Origin: Lenisia limosa
Taxonomy: Eukaryota; Protista; Breviatea
Assembly: GCA_001655205.1 (NCBI GenBank)
Contig: LPNZ01008434.1
Span: forward strand, 1-39,419
Reading direction: 5' to 3'
Length of the DNA: 39,419 nt
How positions within the stretch are numbered: the stretch's first letter is position 1; each line of letters starts with the position of its first letter. The notes under the pieces are model-generated. The model was not told the origin of the DNA. It made no database searches and saw nothing but the letters and a program-made list of their open reading frames with translations. Made by a program: the position numbers and the translations under genes. Positions 1-11,048 of this stretch are shown piece by piece.

Positions 1-2328
1 AACCAACAAAATCAACTGGTAGGCGAAACACTCGTTTGGATGATGGTCAGAGACTTGTTGACTAATATTGGAAAAATGCATAAATATTACCCTCTCCTTT
101 TCTCAAATTATCCTTGAGATTTAATCAATGATATGCAGAAGTCATCACGAAGACTGTAACAGCTTCGTAGTTTGAAGTGACCCCTCCACACCTCCAAAGC
201 CATGACATCATCATAACTGCGGCCACGTAAACAGATTTCCTTGGCATGTTCCACCATCAAGGGCTTCTCCCAGCCCATCATGACTGCTTCGTTCTTTTCG
301 TTCATCAACCGTCCGTCACTATTTCGGTCAATATCGAAGAAATATATATCATATACTATTTTATATATACATGTATATATATATATATATATATCGATAT
401 ATATATATTATATACATATACTATGATATGATACATAGATTTTGTTTCTGGGTTTCCTTGACTTCGATGAAACAAATTGAAGGTTAAACGAATTCTTTAA
501 AACACCCTTGCTAACCTATAGGTCAATTTCTGCATCAAATGTGCTTCATTGCTGGGCTCCTCGCTTCCATGTGCCTTCTCCTTCTCTTCATCCTCTTCAT
601 TCTCTTCATACCTCTCATCCCTCTCATCCTTCTCATTTGGTTCATCTGTCCTCGCTTTTTTCGCATCAGGCATTCTACTGAGGTAAAACCATAATTATGG
701 CTTCCCTACGAAACAAGAAAGCGAAATGTTGACAGATTGTGATGGCTCATCGAATAAAAACCCCTTCTCATTTGGACTGCCGCAAACCCCCATAATACGA
801 TGCTTANNNNNNNNNNNNNNNNNNNNNNNNNNNNNNNNNNNNNNNNNNNNNNNNNNNNNNNNNNNNNNNNNNNNNNNNNNNNNNNNNNNNNNNNNNNNNN
901 NNNNNNNNNNNNNNNNNNNNNNNNNNNNNNNNNNNNNAACTAGCTAATACACTACAATCAATTATATGACATGGTAGTATGATATATTACATAGTACAAG
1001 CAAATGATTTATCTTGTTTTGGAAAAAATGTTCCAAAAAAAGTCACCCCTCCATACACGCACTAAACACTGCACCCCCCCCCCCCCACNNNNNNNNNNNN
1101 NNNNNNNNNNNNNNNNNNNNNNNNNNNNNNNNNNNNNNNNNNNNNNNNNNNNNNNNNNNNNNNNNNNNNNNNNNNNNNNNNNNNNNNNNNNNNNNNNNNN
1201 NNNNNNNNNNNNNNNNNNNNNNNNNNNNNNNNNNNNNNTTTTAGTGCTTCACTTTCTGCTAGAGAGAATTCTCAATTAATCACGATTAATCTAAAGTGAA
1301 ACCCTGATTTTTAGAAGTACTTTTGTCAGATACTATTACATCAAAAATCAGAGATAGTAAAATGGGAAAAGCAATGTAAAGTTGCCTAGGCACAGGAGAG
1401 TTGAATGCGATCAGTTCCGAAATGACACAGGATTAGCATTGTAAGGTAAAATGTGCCCGGAGGGATCCGGCCTGCACAGAACCCCCAGGTATCCACGGCC
1501 CACACAAGCATTGAAGCACATGCCACACAGAATGTAGATGATATGTGATGTTGGGCTATGAGTAGGGCTTCACTATTCGACTTGATCATAACGTAGTATC
1601 AATACCAAGACTCATATCTGGGGCTTCCCTATGGTCCGAAAAAGAAGTTGAAAACATTGATATTTGGAAGCCCTACTCATATCCCAAAAACCTCTCATAA
1701 TGGAGGTATAAATCAGGTAAGGCCTGTATGAAATCCCTCCTCGCACCTGAGTATGCCTCCCGTCACGTGCATAGTCGCCGGCAGTGAGACTGTTACTGTC
1801 CATCTGATTCCAAGTGGCNNNNNNNNNNNNNNNNNNNNNNNNNNNNNNNNNNNNNNNNNNNNNNNNNNNNNNNNNNNNNNNNNNNNNNNNNNNNNNNNNN
1901 NNNNNNNNNNNNNNNNNNNNNNNNNNNNNNNNNNNNNNNNNNNNNNNNNNNNNNNNNNNNNNNNNNNNNNNNNNNNCACCATTCTTTGAAGCAAGCATTA
2001 GTGCTGTGCGCCCTTCTTCATCACAAGACCATTGAGACTGGAATCCCTCTTTCTGAAGGGTTATAGTGTATAACAAATTTAAACAACAAGGCTAGGTAGT
2101 CGATATTGAGAGCTTCACTCTCAATATTGATCTAGTTTTAATTGATAACAAGGTACAAAAATTCCATAAATCTTATAATTGCAGATTATTACACATCATT
2201 GTTCGTCTCGAGTACCCCCCTAAAACCACTCATACAATAGAAGTAGTAAGGGCTACTTTCAGATTGTCATGTTCGCCTTTGGCAGCAAGGGAGAGAACCT
2301 GTTCGGAAAGTTGAGTTTCAGTTGGCAT
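1..2328 (-). CDS. RMT2: Protein arginine N-methyltransferase 2 (RMT2-like; ankyrin + GAMT-like), multi-exon, runs off the window start
   Basis: ATG at 2328 (MPTETQLSEQVLSLAAKGEHDNLK). Ankyrin exons DEEGRTALMLASKNG and ATWNQMDSNSLTAGDYARDGRHTQ. Exon at ~200-310 reads EAVMMGWEKPLMVEHAKEIC, matching the Rmt2 motif AVMMxWEKPLMxxHA. Three N-gaps lie inside the gene. Confidence 0.85.
365..412. repeat. (TA)n-rich microsatellite in an RMT2 intron
   Basis: tatatacatgtatatatatatatatatatatcgatatatatatattata. Confidence 0.8.
1551..1687. repeat. 21-bp inverted repeat (1 mismatch) in a probable RMT2 intron
   Basis: TTGGGCTATGAGTAGGGCTTC (1551-1571) vs GAAGCCCTACTCATATCCCAA (1667-1687). Confidence 0.75.
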
Positions 2329-2563
2329 AGTGAGTGAGGGGGGGGGGGTAGTAGTTGGGTAGTTGTGGTGAGTGTATGGGTTATACTTTAGTTAACACAG
2401 GACATCGAGCAGAGAGGAAAAAGGAGAACCGGAGAACATTGTACAAAGATCGTATAGATCCCAGACCTTATTTTTTTTGAAAAGAAATTGTGGCTTCAGT
2501 TGTGGTTGACTTTAGGTTGAATATAGTACACAGTGTTATATTTAACGTTATAACTCTATAATA

Positions 2564-4289
2564 ATGTCTGATGAACTGCTGAGCCCCGATGCACCTGTGA
2601 AACAGGTTACCATTTCTCTTAATGGCAAAGAAAGAACCGTATGCATTCCTAGAAATGCGTCTGCTGATGATTTCAAGACATCAATCATTGACCAGTTGGC
2701 TTCTAGATTATTCGCATTGCTTTACCGTCAGGTTCCTTCTCCCTAAGGACACTCCTATTCGCCTGAAACGAGTTTCTTCTGGAGTTAACGTCGCTGTTTC
2801 CCCTCATCTTGATGAAGATAATTACTCGCTCCATGTTCCAGAAGGAACGAAAACTGACCAGCAGACCAGTTTGTGGGGATGAACAAGGAAGGAGTGAAGA
2901 GCTGACTGGATGGAAGAGGGGAGAGAGAGAGAGGGGGAGGGGGGGGGGGATGGTTGACTGCGGTTGAAAGCAGGGATTAACGCAATTGAATTGAATTTTT
3001 CGCACTCATAATTTTCCTTACTTTACCATCCTTTTCAGCTCGCTATCGCCCCATTCAGAGAGAAGGACTTCCTGGAACCTGTGACAAATATGTTCCCTCT
3101 GTATGATGTCGATTCTTTTTGATATAGTACCGCGTATTGCACCCATGACAGTGCAGGAGGAAGCATTGAAAATTACTGGTCGTGTGCACTCCATGGAGAC
3201 TTTCTCTACTGTTGACGGACATGGAATCCGAGTCATCTGCTTCCTTCAGGTGGGCGATTTTTTGTTTTTTTTTCCATCTCAATGATCCTGACTATCTTTA
3301 TTTATTACCTCGCAGGGTTGCCCTCGTCGCTGCAAGTTCTGCTCAAATCCCGATACCTGGAATGAGACTGAAGGTTTGCTGCTCAAGAGTTGAGATCTCT
3401 TGACAAAACAGGAACTGAAATGTCTGTCGCTGAAGTTGCTGCCAGATTCAATCGTTACGTTCCCTACATGAAGGCTTCGGAAGGTGGACTTACATTGAGG
3501 TTTGTGGCAAGTGTATTTTTTTTTCTTCACAATCACTTTTCATTTGTAATGAACAGTGGAGGTGAACCTCTTATGCAACCCGAATTCACAGCCGCTCTTC
3601 TGAGAGAGGCCCATCGTCTTGGCGTGAACACCACTATTGATACCACTGGTTAGCGAAATTGCGTTTAATATTTTTTTTTCCTTTTTTTTGCAAATTATTG
3701 TTAACGTGTTAGGATTTGGTACTAAGGAAAAAACTTGGGATATTGTTCTCCCTCATGTTGATACTGTTCTTCTTTGCCCTAAGGTAAGCTTTGGGTTGCT
3801 GTTATGCTAACACTCATCTTCAGGCGCTCAACCCAAGGATCTACAAATGGATTACTGAGCAAACCATTCACATGATGCTCGGATTTGCCAAGGAAGTGGT
3901 AAGTACACCTCGTTGTATATTACATTCAGACCAAGCGCGGCATTAGTGTTTGGCTCCGTTACGTTCTTCTGCCTGACTACACTGATAGTGATGAAGAAAT
4001 TACCAGATTCTGTGAATTTGCCCATACCATGGTGTGTTGAATCTATTTACTACTCTTCCTTACCTGTCAACTTCTCACCGTGCAGACGACAATGAAGGGC
4101 GTTGAGCTTTTGCCTTTCCACCAACTTGGTTTAGAGAAGGTGGGTTTGGTGAGCTTTTGCTGATTGACCCTTCAGTGGAAGAAGCTTGAGATCCCCTACC
4201 CTCTTGTGGATATGCAGACACCTCCTCGTGAAGAACAGCTTCGTGTGAAGGAAATCCTCGAGGATGAAGGATTTACTGTTCTTCTTTAA
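2564..4289 (+). CDS. pflA: Pyruvate formate-lyase activating enzyme (radical SAM), 12 exons, with ~100-aa N-terminal extension
   Basis: Spliced product contains [39 protein letters not shown] (CxxxCxxC at 3319-3342), GGLTLSGGEPLMQPEF, WLRYVLLPDYTD, VELLPFHQLGLEKW. TAA stop at 4287-4289. Confidence 0.95.
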
Positions 4290-4474
4290 AGATGTGTGTT
4301 TTTTTGAAAGGATTACGTTGGTGAGTAGGTTTGTGAATACATCGAAAACTAGAAGCTTTATCTACCCCAGAACAGCGGTGAAAAGAAAGTGTATAGTATT
4401 CAGAGCTTATTTAAAAAAATCGTCCAGTCAGCGACCACATCTTCTTTGAAATTTAACAAGATGAATAGGCTGGC

Positions 4475-4790
4475 TCATGATGCAGAGTTGGCAATGGTAG
4501 CAGGAATAAGAAGCTGAGAGAGATCTCGGGTTTCAAAGTGATACTCCTTCATTTTGGGCGCAATGGTAATCTGAAAAGTCAAACAATTCAAAACAAAAAA
4601 GAAGGGGAAGGATGGACGAAGCACTAACTTTAGTGGCAGTAATTGGAACTTCCATTGCCTCAATTTCACTTTCTGCTTCCTTTGCTGCTTTAATTGCGTA
4701 TTCTTTCTTCTTGTCCCTTGCTTCTTGAACAATTCTTTGTCCCTCTTTTTCAGCTGCAAATAGCTTCTCTAAAATTTCAGGATTAGCCAT
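4475..4790 (-). CDS. ATP6V1G: V-type ATPase subunit G-like, 2 exons, ~85 aa
   Basis: MANPEILEKLFAAEKEGQRIVQEARDKKKEYAIKAAKEAESEIEA matches the VATG N-terminal pattern (LLxAEKEAxxIVxxAR...AKEEAExEI). The C-terminus is short and divergent. Confidence 0.75.
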
Positions 4791-5035
4791 GATGGATGAT
4801 TTTTGATGATTTTGTACACTGAAGAAGATATATCAAACGAATTAAGCAAGAGACTCAATGTTTTTTTTTTTGTTTTTTTTGGTTTTTGAGCATCTGTCGC
4901 GATCGCTAAGATCAGAAAAGGCCCGCGCCGCACCTCGGTTAAATGAAAAAATTCACATTCTCTTTCTCTTTTTGACGTAAGCAACGCAAAAGCCACCTAA
5001 CCAAATTAACTTAACAACACCTGTCACCACGCAAA

Positions 5036-7505
5036 ATGTTTTTTAGAAAGAAGAAAGAGCAACGCGAGAGTACTGACCAATGGGTTTTTGAAGCCCTTGT
5101 TTCATTGTTAAACTCACCACTTTGGACAACTCCTATTTTAGACTTTATTGACCATAATTGCATTCATTTCGGTAAAACCAGTGCCCCTTCTTGAGCCATT
5201 TATCCCTTTTTAGATACTTCTGAAGAAAATAAATTCATTTATACGGAAATTCATCAGGTTAGGCATTAACATCAACTGATCCAGCAGAATTTCAGGGATT
5301 TAATTGACAGTCTGCTCAGCACCCACCTTGAAGATCTTGGTCTGTCTCATTCACAGTTTGTGAGTGCAGTAAAGGCTGGAAACAAGGCTGGAATGGGAAG
5401 TTATGTCTTTGACCACTTCCTTGCTGCTGAAGATTTTTTGGGTGAGCTTGTAACGATTTTACCGGTTTTTCTTACCTTACAGCATTTAAGAAAATGATGG
5501 TCCGTCGCAACCTTGTTTTAGAGGAGGAAGTTTTCAAGTAAGCAGTACTTTCTTTTTTTATTTCCTAGAATGCTTCAACAGCAAAAGGTTGCAGCTGAGG
5601 CAAACAGAAAAGCAATTGGTGGGGGGGTGGGGGTGTTAATAATTTGGAAGTGGTGGAATATGCCATTTACGCTTTCAGAGGCGAATGAGGCTGCTTTGAA
5701 AGAGAAAGAGCGTCTTGCAGAAGAAGAAGCTGTCAGGCAAAAGGTTAGTGTTGTAATAGACCAATGCCTTAAGCTCTTTGGATGACTATCTTTCGTTAGC
5801 TTTCTGTATGCGCGAGGATTGTAACCTGTGTAGGAGGCTGCCATGGCCGAAGCATCGCGAGTTGCAGAGGAAGAACATAGACCTGTCACTGTGGAAGACC
5901 AGGTGAGTAAGTCACATTTTAAAAAAATGTTAAACACATTCCTTCAATATCATATGCTATATAGCATTGAGAAAAATAAAACAAGGTTGTATCTGGTCGA
6001 TATAAGAGATATTGAATTAGTGTATAATATTAATTTATCCTACAACTCTGTGCACACAACTGTCTGTGTGCCTCCCCAGCATACGCTGTATTAACTAAAT
6101 GGGCAACCGAATATAATGAGGAAAAAGTAGGGTGATGCATTTGCTGCAGCGGGTGAGCATTCTTTACTTTGTTTTTTCGATTAAAAAAACTATCATCACA
6201 AACTTTAATTGATGTATTATTCTTGAACCTAAGGAATCTCTAACTCATTAAGATAGAGGCACAAGAACAAAAGATGTTGGAAATGGCACTGAAGGCAAGT
6301 GAAGTATGTTATTGCTTTTTAGAATAGTTTTTTTTTTTTTGAATTTCCAGGAGGAATTCAACCGTCAACAACATGAGGAAGACGAAGAATTACAAAGGAT
6401 TTTAGCTTTAACAATGAAAGACTTTTCGGGAGAAGACGAATTGGCAAGAATCCAAGTTAGTTATATGCAAGCAAATGGACTTTGACCGACTAGGCTCTTC
6501 GTGAAGAAGCGGAAATGGAACAAGCAGTTGCCATGTCACTTGCAATGGACGCTGAGAAGGCACGTCTTAAAGCTGTTGAAGAACAGCAACTTGCCGAGCA
6601 AGAAGCTGCCAAGGCCAAACTTGAGGTACGACAAAACTGATTTGTCATCCTTTCAGAAAGAACAAATTGAACGTGAGAATGTTCAACGCCGTGAGGTTGC
6701 TGCGATGGAAGCCCGTGCGCAAGAGGAACTGAAAAAGAAGTCAGACAGTTGGAGGGACGGGGAATTGTCATAAAAGGGGGACATTGTTCACCAAAGTGTA
6801 GACAAAACAGCAGCTCTTTCAATTCGTGAGATTAAGGAGGAACTCGCTCGTGAAGGAGGACTTGATGAGCCTTCAAAGCCAAAGCCTGTCCTTCCCCCTC
6901 CGTTAGTTGAACTCTCATCGTTGAAATACCTTTGTTTTGTTTTTTTGTTTTTTGCGAATCTTACGTATTAGCTCTGTTGGTAAGCTCTCCGAAGCTGAAA
7001 CAAAGAGACGTCAGGTAAGAGATGGATTAATTTTCATAATGCAAGTTGATCAACAAAAACATTGAAAAGCTTCCGAATTTGAATAACATGCTCAGGCCTT
7101 TTTCCGTGCCCAGAGAGATAGGCTTCTTCTCAAGAAATCAACTGAAAGAGGAAGAGAGGTGGTTTTGGTGTCATATATTCAAGATTTGGTACTTATTTTA
7201 TCATATTCCTGTTTAGCTCCAAGAGTTTTCTGAAGAACATGGTGTTGATGCTCCCAAAACCCCTACAAAGCCTAAGAGACCTGGTTGGTAGTGGAATGAC
7301 AAAATTTAAAATTAAAGTGTCTGAAATTGAGTGTACTATATTACAAGATGTCTCACTTCAAATTTTGCAATAATTTTTTATTTAATTGCTTGGAGTCTAA
7401 TTACAGTGACTTTCAGAGGGACCCGCAGATGCCCAAGCCCAAGCCTTGCGTTTTGCTCTCACCCGTCGTCTTTGTAATGATATGAAAGACAAAGAGCCTA
7501 AGTAA
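5036..7505 (+). CDS. CFAP36: Cilia- and flagella-associated protein 36 (BART domain + coiled coil), multi-exon
   Basis: WVFEALVSLLNSPLWTTPILDFIDHNCIHF...FRDLIDSLLSTHLEDLG...AAEDFLAFKKMMVRRNLVLE is a BART domain. EA-rich coiled coil follows; ends ALRFALTRRLCNDMKDKEPK*. Confidence 0.85.
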
Positions 7506-7793
7506 CTCTCACTCCCCTCCCCCTGNNNNNNNNNNNNNNNNNNNNNNNNNNNNNNNNNNNNNNNNNNNNNNNNNNNNNNNNNNNNNNNNNNNNNNNNNNN
7601 NNNNNNNNNNNNNNNNNNNNNNNNNNNNNNNNNNNNNNNNNNNNNNNNNNNNNNNNNTGGTAGTTGGTGGATAAAAAAGAATATATATCTTTCACCATAA
7701 CAGGAAAATGAGTTGCTACAAACACGACACTATTTTTATTTATATTTTTTGATTTAGAATTAGAACAATACACTACATCACGGAATCATAATA

Positions 7794-9304
7794 TTAAGAA
7801 CTTTTTGGAGAAACAGGGGACCTAAAGCAGAGTCAGAAAAACTCCCCAAAAACAAAATAATCAAAACCCTGATGTAGTTTTGCATACTTCTCATTGTCTC
7901 CCTTAATACGTACACGTTGGACACGGCAGGCTAGCGGGGAAGAAACAACGTTTTCTGAAATATGGCCCAAGCAAGGAGAATCCTATTTCATTAAAACGAA
8001 CACAATGAGAAAACGAACCTTGATGAAAGCAGGACTCTGGCGAGCTCCTTCCAAAGACATAGCATCAAACCTGAAGGAGTGAATCATAGGTACACAATCT
8101 TACCTGACTGGAACCGAGGCCTTTTTAGTTGAATCCTCAGCCTCCGCATGTCTGCGATAAGATGGACTCGTGCTTGTGGAGTGTGTACGGACACTCTCAC
8201 TCAATGCTCGATTCCGCGTTACCTGCAAGTCAGCAACGAAAACAAAACAAAGGCCTACCTGTTGGGGGGATGTTGTCGAAACAAGGTGGGGATATGGGTG
8301 AGAAGGAGAAGGAGGTCGAGGGCGAGAGGCGGGCTCAATTACATCAACATCAGGGGAAGCCGTTTGCTGAAGAGGTCAGACACATCGAACAAGAAAAGAC
8401 AGAGTCATACGGGTCCAGGGGGTGAAGGGGACTTCTCCATAGCGATTCCACCCGTCATAAGGGCGAGTTCGTCTGCTGGATCCATTTCATTGTCGTTCAA
8501 ATTAAAGCCGACCTAATCCAGTGAAAAGAACCATGGTTTGCCGTATGTCCATCAAATATCAAACCTGCGAGGTGGTCTGCTTCCGTGACGAGATTTCACG
8601 ACTACAAAAGTCAACACAAATGACTGAAATTAACACCCTTAAAAAAGGGCAATTGTCTACCAAGAAAATAAAAGGTCAGGGGTGGACTGAATGCTAAAGA
8701 AAACCATGTCACAGTCTCAAGAATCCCTAAAGCCCCTATTTACCCAATTTTAGTCAAATGAGGAGACGACAAGTATGGAGAAGGCATGTGTACGAGAGGG
8801 TTTGTTTGCACCGGCTGAAGATGTGAAACTGAAAAAAGATTGAGTTTCAAACCTGAGGAGAAATACTTTGTAACGTTGCCAAATGAGGTTGAGCACAAAA
8901 CATCAGATTGTCAACAACATTCTAAAATATTAGTGGGAGCCGAGTACAACTTGTATTGAATGCTGCCAATCAAGGCACATGTGCCAAACCTGAGCAATTG
9001 ACGGTCTCGAATTAGCCATCGGGGAAAAAAGGGGAGATGAAGAAAACATAGGGGAAGCACCAAACATCGGGGATGTTGAGAAAAGAGGGGACGTGGACAT
9101 CATTGCAGTGGGGGAACCAGCAAGGTGGGGTGAAGGGGAGAGAAACCGACCGGGACTTGTGGGGGAGCAAGCGATTGGAGGCGTTGAGAGGTGTGAATAA
9201 GGAGATTGCGAAGGCTCTACATTTACAGAGGAAGGAGACATCGCAGGAGGTGAACCATGTTTACCAACATGGATCTCACGGAACATTGTTTGAGAAGAAG
9301 ACAT
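7794..9304 (-). CDS. Hypothetical Ser/Pro-rich, probably disordered protein, multi-exon
   Basis: Successive GT-AG exons keep the frame open (MSSSQTMFREIHVGKHGSPPAMSP...; VGFNLNDNEMDPADELALMTGG; RFDAMSLEGARQSPAFIK). No recognised domain; the last exon is uncertain. Confidence 0.65.
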
Positions 9305-9925
9305 TTCAACCTAAATATGCGGTTATACACATGCAAAAGTGGAAAATTAAGCAGAAATTTCAGAGAATAGTGGGCAGATAGTCGGAGAAACCGTCAGCAA
9401 ATTGCGAAATGTGGATACAAATATAAGAAACTTGCCTCAGATAAACATGAATAATAATATACCTCTCCCCTACCTGAGTCAGCTAACTTCAATAAAAGCG
9501 CAAACGGAGCTTTTAAACAAAAAGTGGTCGATGTCGCTTATCTTACTTGAAACGCATTTCTTTATCAATAAACTATTCTTTTACGTAGAAGAAACTGGTA
9601 TTACTCAAAACAGTTTCGGGAGGTCCGCCAAGAAACACAGTCTCCCGGTAATTAAAAAAATACTAATTCAAGCAGACTCAAAAAATGCAGATTACGTGGA
9701 TAAGAGAAGAATACGACCCCAAAAAAGCCTTGTTGATTTGCCGAAAATTTTTAATTCAACTTTATATATCCCGCATGTTTCCTATACTTGTGGTTTTTTT
9801 GCCGCTGGGCTCTCTCAACCGTTATTCATTGCTACATACGGATATAAGCTGGATATAAGTTTAAATTAAACATAAAAGTAGATTTTGCATTTTAAGGTAT
9901 ATAAACCGCTTACCTGATTTTGGAA

Positions 9926-10890
9926 ATGTCAGGGGCTTTCGGAAAGATGAAGGTACGTTTTTTGCAGTAATATTTGTGATGGATGCCAGTTATTGGGCTG
10001 TCTAACTCAATGTAGGACATTTTCTCTCATCCTTCAATGAGAGGAACACATTTTTGGGCTCCAACCTTTAAATGGGTAGGTTTTTTAAAGGATATGCTGC
10101 TAAAATAAGTTTTAACGGGATATTATGGTACTGATTTGCCCCAGGGACTTGTGATTGCCGGTTTGAACGACCTTCGTCGTCCTCCTCAAAAAATCTCACT
10201 GTTGGTAAAATATTTTTCACAAATTTACCCATTTTGAAGGGATTATACCATCAGATGAGGCGATTTTGATTTTATGTTTTTAATGATCCTTTGTCATTTC
10301 TGACATTCTTTAGGTATCAAGCTGCATGTAAGCGGACTCTCCTGATCAGGCTATTTTTGTTTGTAGTTTATTTGGGAGGGGAGGGGGCAATTTGGGGAAT
10401 TTTAAAATTGAATGCGAAGATATTCGTTTTCGGTATGTATTCCCTCCTCGGTGTGTTCTTCTCATTTGGGAATTTTTAAAATTCTTCATTCACCATTTCA
10501 GCACTCTCGGCCACTGGACTGTAGGCGGCGGCTGCCTTTCGTTACAGTGAACGTGATCCAAACAATTAATTGCTCGTCGTAACTTGTTTACTTTTTAGGA
10601 TTTGGTCTCGCTACTCTACCCAAATTATTCCTGTGAACTACAACCTCTTGTCTGTCAATGTCTTTGTTGCTCTCACCTCTCTGTCCCTTGTTTACAGAAG
10701 ACTCTCGTAAGTTCAGGATTACTTCGCAAACAGTTCCTCTGTACGGCTGACCCAATAATGTTATAGATACGACTTCGAACAAAAGAAAATTGCTGCTGCT
10801 GAGCTCAAGGTTTGGTTCAATTCAACTGGGCTTAGCTTACATTCGTAGACCGAACAAGCCAGCCCCAAGCCCCAACTCCAAACCGAATAA
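9926..10890 (+). CDS. MPC2: Mitochondrial pyruvate carrier, MPC2-like, 8 exons including a 14-nt microexon (10314-10327)
   Basis: Spliced: MSGAFGKMKDIFSHPSMRGTHFWAPTFKWGLVIAGLNDLRRPPQKISLYQAASLSATGLIWSRYSTQIIPVNYNLLSVNVFVALTSLSLVYRRLS..., with the MPC motifs HFWAPxFKWG and ATGLIWSRYS. The last exon is less certain. Confidence 0.92.
10394..10487. repeat. Two-part inverted repeat (hairpin) in the MPC intron after the microexon
   Basis: GGGGAATTTTAAAATT (10394-10409) pairs with AATTTTTAAAATTCTTC (10471-10487). AATGCGAAGA (10411-10420) pairs with TCTTCTCATT (10457-10466) at 9 of 10 positions. Confidence 0.55.
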
Positions 10891-11048
10891 CTCCTATTTT
10901 GCACACTAGATGGCCAGCGCCTCATTTTCAAATTCATCAATTGACATGGTTCACACTTGCTGGGAAACACTATAATATATATTATATTACCATATTGACG
11001 TATACCTAACATTTAGAAGTCCAAAACCACTTCTTGTGGACTAAGCAG

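Noticed and set aside
2919-2950. G-quadruplex-like G-tract in PFL-AE intron 2 (similar tracts at ~2337 and ~18361)
   Set aside because: Homopolymer G-tracts are common across the window and nothing specific supports a function.
9402-9869. 155-aa + strand ORF upstream of MPC
   Set aside because: Starts at TTG, is AT-rich, lies in a divergent promoter/5' UTR region and has no recognisable motif.
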